Below are positions 54,505 through 64,000 of a DNA stretch of 64,000 nucleotides, piece after piece (position 1 is the stretch's first letter; each line of letters starts with the position of its first letter). The notes below the pieces were generated by a model. It did no database searches, was not told the DNA's origin, and worked only from the letters and a program-made list of their open reading frames with translations. This DNA is from Octopus sinensis (taxonomy: Eukaryota). The position numbers and the translations under genes are program-made. The stretch covers positions 28,148,001 through 28,212,000 of the forward strand of contig NC_042997.1 in assembly GCF_006345805.1 (NCBI RefSeq), in the 5' to 3' direction.

Positions 54505-57500
54505 TTCTTTTTAAGCGTTTGCTCGTTACAAGGTCCTTAGACAACTGAAAACGTAAGAGCCACTAGAATAAAATGGAGGCTATATAGAAGTCAATAGGTG
54601 ATGATGTACATTATAATTAAAAGACTGAAGGTCATATTGAAGAGGAAAACAAGACAGTGAAAGTGAATTCCAAACGTCAGAGGTGCGAGGCAAGAAATTG
54701 GTACTGTAAAGTGATTTACGACACTTAGGAGGTTGCACAGTTTATTGATGAGAACTGGATGCAAGTCCAGTTGATCACTAATAAGTTCTTAAAGGAGGAA
54801 CTAGAGAAAAGAGATAAGCAAGCCTCAGTACGATGATGAGTGAGTTAATCCAATTTAGATGAGAGATGAACATTACAAATAGGTCCAACAGCGTTAAACA
54901 ACCCGCAGGATCACCTGCCCATACGTGACAATAGTACTCAATACAGGGGTGAATTATGAAAGTAAAGTTATAAAGATAAAGAATAGTCTCATGATTGAGA
55001 TAACTTCTTGAACGAAGGAGTGAGTCTACCTTCATTGCAATCGATTCAATGTCAGTCCTCCAAAAAAGATCATTACAGAAAGTCATTCCTAGGAGACGTC
55101 AAGAATGACTCTCAGGTAAGAGAATACCCACCATCGAAACCGATGACAATGAATTATAACTGAAGCGATTAATGGAAAGAAGTTTAGTTTTCGATGGATT
55201 GAATGTTGCAAGCCATGTCCGACACCTCTCAACATTATATCGAAGATCATTCTGAAGGTCAGCAGCGACCTCAACCTTATCAGATAAATCATCAGATTTG
55301 TCCTAACAAGAGTACAAAGTAGAGTCATCAGCATAGATTACAAGCTAACAGATGATATGATCAGGTAGATCATTGATAAAAAGAAGAAAGATAGTTGGAC
55401 CCAGGACAGATCCTTGAGGAACCCCAGCATTAATAAAATAACTTGATGAATATTGACCATCAAGAACAACCTTGATCCTACAGCCATGAAGGAAAAAGGA
55501 GATCATGTTTAGCATAAAACCTGACACATCAAAGGATTGGACCTTCCACAGAAATCCAGTATACCAAACCCTATCATATACCTTAGAGATATCAAGAGCA
55601 ACTTCCCTAGCTTGACCAAATACATTCAAGGAATGATAAACACACTTGGAAATAACAGCAGTAGATCGTCCGTCACGGAAACCATATTGAGAGACGGAGA
55701 ATATACGACTTGAGTCAAAATATTTTACAAGAGAGTCATTAATCAAGGACTCAAAAACTTTAGTGACGATTGGTAGTAGAATAATTACGAGGATTATTTC
55801 GATCATCACATTTCTTAAAGACAGGAGCAACAACTGGGGATTTCCATAAAGAAGAAAAACAAAATTCTGAGATACACTTCCGGAAGGGCCTAGATAAGAC
55901 AGAAGATAACTCAGGAGAGCACCTCTGAAGAACAATGACTGGAATACCATAAGGTGCAGTTGCTTTACACAGACCCAACTGTACCACAATGGCCACAACA
56001 GTAAGAGAATTAATATGACAACTGTGTAACAGTTTATCAGTTTTGAGAAAGACATCAGGAAGTGGATGAACAGAATCATTGAGGAAAGAGTTGAGCAAAG
56101 AGCTCTGCTTTATTATTTGATGTTGTCAAGACCTCAGGTCCGTTGAATAAAAGAGGAATACAATACTTATTGTTACCTCTAACACATTTAATAATTCTCC
56201 AGAAGTCACGAAAGCCTACTTTCTGGGATGATATTAGATCATGCATGTGCTGCTCGTAGTCTGATTTAATATCACGAATGACAGCCATACAGTGATTGTT
56301 GAAATGCTGTTTATTCGCTGCGGAATTATCTCGCTGAAACTGGTGGAAAATGATTACGATGGGCGATAGCAGCAGTACAAGCGGGAGAAAACCAGGTTGA
56401 GGAATGCAGTTTGAAATGGTATTTGCAAGATGGCATGAAGGTGTTAATACCAGCGGAAATCCAAGTAGTAACTTCCCCAGCAAAATCCTCAGCAGGTTTA
56501 GCAAGAATATCGGTCCAAGGAACGTCACGAAGAAAGTCGCCAAAATTTTCCCTGTCACCACGATCATAGCTAATTAGAGTACGATGAATTGAGGATTCCT
56601 TGCCAGCATAACAATTCAATGAAGCGTCAACTGAAACAACAATGCGATCAGATCCTCCGAGTGGATAATCCTGACAAACCTTACAGATATCAGGATTTGA
56701 TGCCAAAAGGAGATCAAGGATGGAAGAAAATGGAGAACGATAGAGAAAGAACACGTTGCTAGTTGACTGCGGAAGAGAAAGTTGAAAACACATGAAAGAC
56801 TGCGATGATCCTCAAGATCTACCTCACGAAAGATGGGAAGATTGACACGAGCAAAGAGGTCCAAGCCATGCATATGATTGCAAGAGTCCTTCCAGTAGAG
56901 AGGAAGATAGCTGAGATTGTCTCGATCAATGCAAGGATGTCAGGAGAGTTCAGCGCAAGAAAAGACTCAACATCCGTAAGGTTAAAACGGAGACAACGTA
57001 TATTGGACAATGCAATAGTAAAACGAGCTGGTGATTTAGCTTAATCTGGTTTGCGATTTTGTTTACTGGAGACCACTATGATTAATTTGATTAAAACAAA
57101 AGAAAAAAATGACCAGGCAGGATGACTTCCACCTTTAGTAAGTAAGTAATCAGATTCACTATAATGTTCTAGTAGAAGAAGTAAGAGTGGCATCAGGAAA
57201 GCCCACCCGATGCAGGTGCAGGGACATTCATCCATGCGCGACAGGACACTACAGATACATCAATATTATACAACAGTTGATAGGGCAGCTTCTCCGTGCG
57301 CTGCCAGAGAGTTCGGGCTCCTAACTACCAGTCGTAAGTAGCAACCAGAAAACTACACAATTCGATACCCTCATCTAGATCAACAACAAGAACAAAGAAG
57401 CATGAAAACCAAGCGAACTAGATAATGGACCTCATCAGAGGCTAAGACCGGCGTTCAAAGACGTAGCCAGAAAACAAGGCTGATAAATCAGCCTCTATTG

Positions 57501-57800
57501 AAGCTAGTATGCTAGGTAGGAGTACGAAGGAGTACTCCTAAGGTATTTTTATCGAGGTACCATCTCTAAGAAGGTTGTTAACCAAAGGTAAAGCGTACCA
57601 TCCTACCCTAACATACAGTGTTGAATGGCCGTTGAATACGACATTAGTGCCTCCGCCCTTTGACGGGTCTTAGATTTTGTCAGGCGGGGTGTCCAACAAT
57701 AACCTTCCTCACCAAGCAACGCACGGTGGGGTTGCCAGTTTAATCATCGATGACCTGATCATGCAACAGGTTGCACTGGATTACGGTTTAATGAGTTTCT
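54505..57800 (-). mobile_element. Near full-length decayed CR1/Jockey-group LINE (APE endonuclease + RT)
   Basis: APE start SNIRCLR..SPDILALIET; WFSPACTAAIAHRNH; SSQKVGFRDFWRI; RT ALDISKVYDRVW..GVPQGSVLGPTIFLLFINDLP; 3' FLPRTS..WNSL. The 5' boundary (57250-57800) is uncertain. Confidence 0.9.
57735..57797 (-). ncRNA. Decayed HDV-like ribozyme fold at the putative LINE 5' end
   Basis: Order P1'(..UCAU)-J1/2-P2(CCAGU)-P3(GCA)-L3(ACCUGU)-P3'(UGC)-P1(AUGA..)-GG-P4(UCAUCGAUGA)-UUAA-P2'(ACUGG). The catalytic C position is U and P1 is only partly paired. Confidence 0.4.
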
Positions 57801-58717
57801 CTAAGATAAAGTAGTTAATAGTAATGTAGGAGCAGGCTTGATTGATATGTATTTACGTCAGTTACTGCTTCATTGCTGGAATTAATATGACAGACCAGTG
57901 TGAGGGAGGATTAAGATGAATAAGAACTAGATAGTTAGATAGAAAGGTAGATAGACAGAAAGGGAGCAGGTGAGAGAGAATGATTGAGAGAGAAAGATAG
58001 AGTGGCATAGTGTAAGGGAGAGTAAAGGGAAAGAAAAGAAAAGAGCTAGCAACATCCGCAATTATATTGTCTCTTTTATGATAATTGTACTGGAAGAAAC
58101 GGAGTCGGACTAAGAAAACTAAAAGCAATAAAATGTCACTCAGTGAAATAGATTCTGAAAGGGATGTGTGGACAGGGATGTAATTGTTTGTACTTACGTG
58201 TGTATACACGATCGCTACGAAGCAAAGTGTGTCTGCATGTCTGTTTTTCTGTTTAATAAGATGTTTGTATTGTTGTGTATGTGGAAATCAGATGCCATTA
58301 AATTACAGATGCAACGTGACAATATATACGCAAAAGATTTCTCAAAAACATAGTAATTTCTTGAATCAACAGTTTATCGATATTTGACTGATACTCAAAG
58401 AAAACGGTAAGCAATGCATCACACGTTCTCTCTTCGATTCGAATCTCCAGAATACAGGATAGTTTTCATCTCTTCGTGTGAATGTACTTTTACAACTGAA
58501 AATAAATACAATTATCGTGTTATAACATTTAACATTGTACACACTTCTCTCTTAGCTTAACAAGCAAAAATTACCAGCAGAGCGTGGGTGTCAATAAATT
58601 TGAATATAGTTCTCAAGATGTCTTTAACATCCATATGCTTGGTTTCAGCACAAGAATACAACGTGAGCAAAAAACGGCAAATATAGTAGACAAAAAAACC
58701 CCAAAAAAACGAAACGA

Positions 58718-58888
58718 GGCGCAGGAGTGGCTGTGTGGTAAGTAGCTTGTTTACCAACCACATGGTTCCGGGTTCAGTCCCACTGCGTGGCCCTTTGGGC
58801 AAGTGTCTTCTACCATAGCCTCGGGCCGACCAAAGCCTTGTGAGTAGATTTGGTAGACGGAAACAGAAAGAAGTATATATATATATAT

Positions 58889-58934
<46 letters not shown>

Positions 58935-59165
58935 TGTGTGTGTGTGTTTGTGTGTCTGTGTTTGTCCCCCTAGCATTGCTTGACAACCGATGCTGGTGTG
59001 TTTATGTTCCCGTTAGCGGTTCGGCAAAAGAGACCGATAGAATAAGTACTGGGCTTACAAAAGAATAACTCCCGGGGTCGAGTTCCTCGATTAAAGGCAG
59101 TGCTCCAGCATGGCCGCTGTCAAATGACTGAAACAAGTAAAAGGGTAAAGAGTAAAGAATAAAGA
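58718..59165 (+). mobile_element. tRNA-derived SINE family A, full length with internal microsatellite
   Basis: A box TGGCTGTGTGG, B box GGTTCAGTCCC, (TA)(TG)n interior, 3' CATGGCCGC..TGACTGAAACAAGTAAAAG tail. Confidence 0.9.
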
Positions 59166-59625
59166 GAGTGTAACCTTGTGTATTTTTGTCTTTAAACTCG
59201 TCGATAACTTAGTAGGATAATCTTCTGGCATGTGAATAAGAGAGACAACGCTATCTGAAGGAAATTCGACTACTTTTCCTATGAGCTTAAACAGTACTGT
59301 AAAAATTCACACTGACTTCTATGTAGGTGGAAATTTCACTGCGTGGTGATGAAGTTTGTGTCTCAGTCATTTGATTTTGCGTTCAATCTACTGAATCAAC
59401 CAATGGCAGTAATCTCACGAAATTACCACCGTTTACGATGATAAATCATCATCCGCTTGGTCATGTGAATTGGTCATGTAAACAGCTGACTTTTCTACAA
59501 ATTCGTGTATCTTTAACTCAAATATCCTGCCAAATCAATGTGATTCAATATCACAAGGCTAGACATTTGAATTATAAACGAAAAAGAGGAGAGAGAAAGA
59601 TACATAGAGAGATACTTACATACAT

Positions 59626-59682
<57 letters not shown>

Positions 59683-60770
59683 AAAGTATATATGAGGTGA
59701 AGAGACATCCGTACTGATACTTTATTTATCCAGCCCGAAAGAATGAACAGATGGGTGGACCACGGTGGCATTTGAAATAAAATACAGAAAATCACCATGA
59801 GAACCGCGCGGTACTCTGTCCGACGCTCACAGGAGCGCTTCAGTTGGTCCCTTTTGCCACAGACTCGAGTATAAACGCACCAATTAAGATCGCAAGGTTT
59901 GAGTCACAGACCCAAAGTTTATGATTTAATTGGTTCACGGAAACTATGCGGTTGCAAATGTTAGAAAATATCTATAAATGTCGGTTTATGAAATGTATTA
60001 TTTTCCATATATCTAATGAATACAAATCCAAATTCATATGAACTCACATACAAGCAAATACCAGCTCTGATACATATACACAAACGCTTGCATATGTCTA
60101 ATATTTATATCTATCGATATTCATATTTTGATAGCTTCCCGCATGTACAAAACTGCAATATATTACTATGGTAATCTAGACAAGATTTAACTCAAGCGGA
60201 AGTAATTATTCAATATGTCAAAAGATTGCTTGTGCATTAAATCCTGACCTTTCATTTTGTTTTCTCATTTGTACTATGATTACATTATTTTGAGCATTAT
60301 TCCCGTTGCCGAAGAAATGTTATTTGCACAACGGAACTGTGGAAATATATACAAAAATAAAATCAAATACAAAGAAAACTAGTACATTCTAAAGAAACTA
60401 GAGAAAAATACGTTAAGAATAACAGCTAGAAGCAAAGTTGGATGTTGCAGTTTTTTGCCTTTGAAACATCATTGCAAGTTAGTTTTTCAAGCGCAAATCT
60501 TTGGGTAAACGTCGTCTGCATTAGGCGAGGGACAATCAAAAATTATCTTATGCGTATAGCTAGAATTAATAGAACGAACTCTTACATGAAGAGCATTCAT
60601 TTCATTTTAAAATAATGCTCGCTCATGATTCTGAAGAAAAAAAAACTTAGTAGTGGACCAACTCTTTGAGAAGAAAATATGATAGAAAAAAAAAGTATAC
60701 AGTGAAAAATCGTAGAAAAGAAGTTATACAATGGGTGGAACGTATAATTGTTAAATGAGGTCTCACGGAT

Positions 60771-61610
60771 GGATCTTTTCGGTTTGAACGGCAGTTTTTA
60801 ACATAATTTCTAGGTAACTAAAACATTTTAAACTTTGTATACTGGTAGAATGTGTTTATAAAACATTATTTTCTCTTGGCTTTCTTGAGAAAATTCTGTA
60901 GTTTGTAACATATTTCGTCTTTAATTTCTTGCATTTCGGCAATTTTAACGAATCACTGGCGTCTATTGAGTTAAAAAGCATTCTATGCCGTATGAATATG
61001 TCCCTCGTTTAAGAAACAGATTGGGTTTATTTACATTTGTGAAGAAAAAATATACCCTTCCCCCACCCCTAACGCTAATCCTAACCCTAACCTTAACCCT
61101 AACTAACCCTAACTAACCCTAAATGTAAAATAGATTGAAATGCAATAGATCGATTCTAGAGTCATAATTATGGGTGACAATTTCATATGACACCGCTGGA
61201 AAAATGGAAGTTTTTTCTTGCGATGTCATCTGAAATTGTCACCCATATTTATGACCCTAGTATCGATCTATTGCATTTCAATCTATTTTAGATTTATGGT
61301 TAGTTAGGATTAGGGATGGGGGAAGGGTATCTTTTTTCTTCACAAATGTAAATAAACCCAATCTGTTTCTTAAACGAGGGACATATTCATACAGCACAGA
61401 ATGCTTTCACCTCAATAGACGGTCATTGATTGGTTAAAATTGCCGAAATGCAAGAAATTAAAGATTAAATATGTTACAAACTACAGAATTTTCTCAAGAA
61501 AGCCAAGATAAAATGATGTTTTATAAACACATTCTACCAGTATACGAAGTTTAAATTTTTTAGTTACCTAGAAATTATGTTAAAAACTGCCGTTCAAACC
61601 GAAAAGATCC
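60771..61610. mobile_element. Fold-back composite of two inverted copies of the same MITE
   Basis: ~430-bp and ~400-bp arms inverted about ~61208; outer TIRs intact; flanked by CTCACGGAT / CTAACGGAT (9 bp, 1 mismatch). Confidence 0.9.
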
Positions 61611-63745
61611 CTAACGGATTCATTAAAAAAGGGAAAAGCGAATGGCAGAACACTATGGAATACGTATACCAAAAGGAAGGGGAATGGCGGGAATATATAG
61701 CATTATAATTTTTACTTCCTTTTTTTTTTTTTCATTTTCTTATATAATTTCAACCTAATAGACCTGTTCCAATTAGCTCTTCGATGATAAAAGTAATTTG
61801 AGTCCATTTGTGAGAAATTTCCTTCTCTAGTATATACTATAGTGAACAATTTTACTAATTTACTCCCGTATAATATTTCCAAGTTTCATGTAGCATGGCT
61901 AGATGCCCATTATAGATTTATGTTAGTATCTATTATCAACCAAATTTATAGTAATTTTCAAATATATTCCAATCCACCCAGTTTGTTCTACATATATTAA
62001 GTTACATCTCGTTTGCCAAATAATCTTTATTTTAATTATAGTGGATTCGAAAATTCTAATAATAATCTTTATTCCCATCCGTCAAAACCTGTTTAATTCT
62101 GTGGCTCATCAGAACTAGACCTTTCATCTCTCACTGACATGTTACCGTAATTTACCGTAATCAATTCCATTAATTCAGCTGCTTATATGTGTATTTACAA
62201 ATTATTTTCATTGATTAAAGTCTGTTGTTTCTAACTAGTCGCTGCATATATCTCCATGCCGTTTTTCATTTTGTACTTTAACCACACTGCTCATGCATTT
62301 ATGTACAATAATATATACATCCATTTACAGGCTTCAACAATAACCCAGTAGTCATTCTTTGTATCTGAATTATGTGCGTGAACCAGATTTAAGCTTCTAT
62401 TGATAACCACTCTCATTATCAAATAATGTTTTGTATCTACTTTGTTATATATTTCAGTTTATTCACTAAGAGCTTTTATATTTCTGTGTATTTATTAACG
62501 TCTTGTTATATATTTCTCCATTCATTCTATCAGTTGATGCTTTTGTTTTCTGTAATTTTCAATTTTTCTCATTATTTTTAGCATGCTTATTTCCTTTTTC
62601 AACTACTGAAGCTTTAACTACAGAAGCTTTAACCGTTCAAAAATGTACTTCCTCCCCGTTCCTTTGTGCTATTTATTTTTGAGAGACCAATACACTCCTT
62701 ATTTTCTTTCATTTACCCTCCCAGTTCTTAATTAGTACTTTCTTTTCTAACATTTATTCCATTCAGTAAGCACTCTCGTTGGGCTTGCAGATCAGCATCG
62801 GAGAGTGAAGTCAATGCCTATCAACCAGTATACTGAGTTGATAGACCAGTTAAATTGCTTAAGGTGTGATTCAGCTTGCACCATTTGGAAGCCGGAACTG
62901 GAACGAGGTTACAAAAGAATAACCTGTCTAATTTAGAAATACAATGAGAGGAAATACCCTCAGAAATGCTGGTCAACTATTACCAATTTGTATATCGTTC
63001 CTATGTGTTATGTATTACAGCCTGACCTTAGTGTCTTACTCCTGTTCCTTTTCGGTCAAACCTTCGAGAACGTGGTATCTCTAGCTTCTTGAGGAATGGA
63101 CTTAATTCATTTACTGAGCTACTCAAAGTCCATCTAAAAGCAGGACTGATTGCCTGCACTTTCGAGGATTGTGGTCGCCCTGAAATATTCGTTGTGAAGA
63201 ATGAAAACATACTGGAGTAAACGGTAGCCATAAGCACGAATGAACAGTCTAGTCTATTCCGTAGAAATTACGGTACAGACTCTGTAGAGTGCTTACAAAT
63301 AGTCGTGACCTCTGAATCGTCGTATCTCAATAAGATGCTTTCACTGCCAATTCGAATTAAATTCTAATGGCACAGAACAACCATCACACATGTAATATTA
63401 AAATGCGTGCAGAGCAGCAAAACCATTCAATGGGTGTTCCTACACCGTCATAGCGTTATTAAATACCAAGTTTATCGCCCATTTGTTATCAATTGTTGGA
63501 TGGATATATCTTCCGGCACTGAAAATCGCCTCTTATTGGTCTTGTACTTTATGGGTCTTCGGATTTAGTAGAAGGTTTTCAAGTAAACGCGATCGAAAAG
63601 GCTTAAGATAGTCTTTCTTATAAGTGCATATTCACATATATATGCACATATTCTACATGCATCATACTGCACTGGCTAAAAGCACATTCGATGTTCACGC
63701 ATTATATATATTTTTGGCATATATATATTTTTGAGAAGTAGCGTA

Positions 63746-63968
63746 AGGCACGTTGGCAGAAGCGTTAGCATACCGGGCAAAAATGCTTCATGTCATTTAA
63801 TCCATCTTTGCATTCCTAGTTCACATTCCACCGAAGTCCTCTTTGACTTTCATCCATTTTGGGGTCGATAAAATAAATACCTGCTGAGTACTGGGGTCGA
63901 TGTTATCGACTTGTCTTCTCCGATGGAATTACTGGCCTTGTGACAAAATTTGAAATCAATACATTATT
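63746..63968 (+). mobile_element. SINE family B, diverged
   Basis: TGGCAGAAGCGTTAGCA head; GGGGTCGATAAA..ACTGGGGTCGATGT core. Confidence 0.8.
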
Positions 63969-64000
63969 AGAAGCAATCATGCCAAATAAATAGTGAATTA

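Noticed and set aside
59760-59890. CpG-containing patch with ATG, possible promoter or first exon
   Set aside because: ORF only ~25 aa and no independent support.
61060-61110. Interstitial telomere or chromosome-fusion site
   Set aside because: Short, degenerate and internal to a MITE.

Overview
AT-rich, microsatellite-dense eukaryotic DNA. The repeat content suggests a cephalopod (Octopus-like) genome, but this is inference. No host protein-coding gene can be supported, and almost all ORF-track hits are translated microsatellites or transposon debris. Recognisable content: many tRNA-derived SINEs, a decayed Tc1 element with long TIRs, mariner, CR1-group, RTE and R4/Dong fragments, MITEs with 8-9 bp TSDs, and several Penelope-like element (PLE) remnants. 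The main signal is self-cleaving RNA. A ~6.9-copy array of a ~360-bp highly structured unit (44854-47353) carries, on the minus strand of every unit, a minimal type I hammerhead ribozyme with a non-canonical U3-A8 core (UUGAAAA). This is a candidate retrozyme/circRNA system. Units 2-7 alternate A/B, and the defects complement each other only in a dimeric hammerhead. An unrelated U3-A8 hammerhead occurs in a perfect inverted repeat at 21068-21719. A canonical hammerhead follows a Penelope RT/GIY-YIG remnant (40255-40353). A decayed HDV-like fold lies upstream of a CR1-group LINE. All folds were done by eye and none is computationally or experimentally verified.
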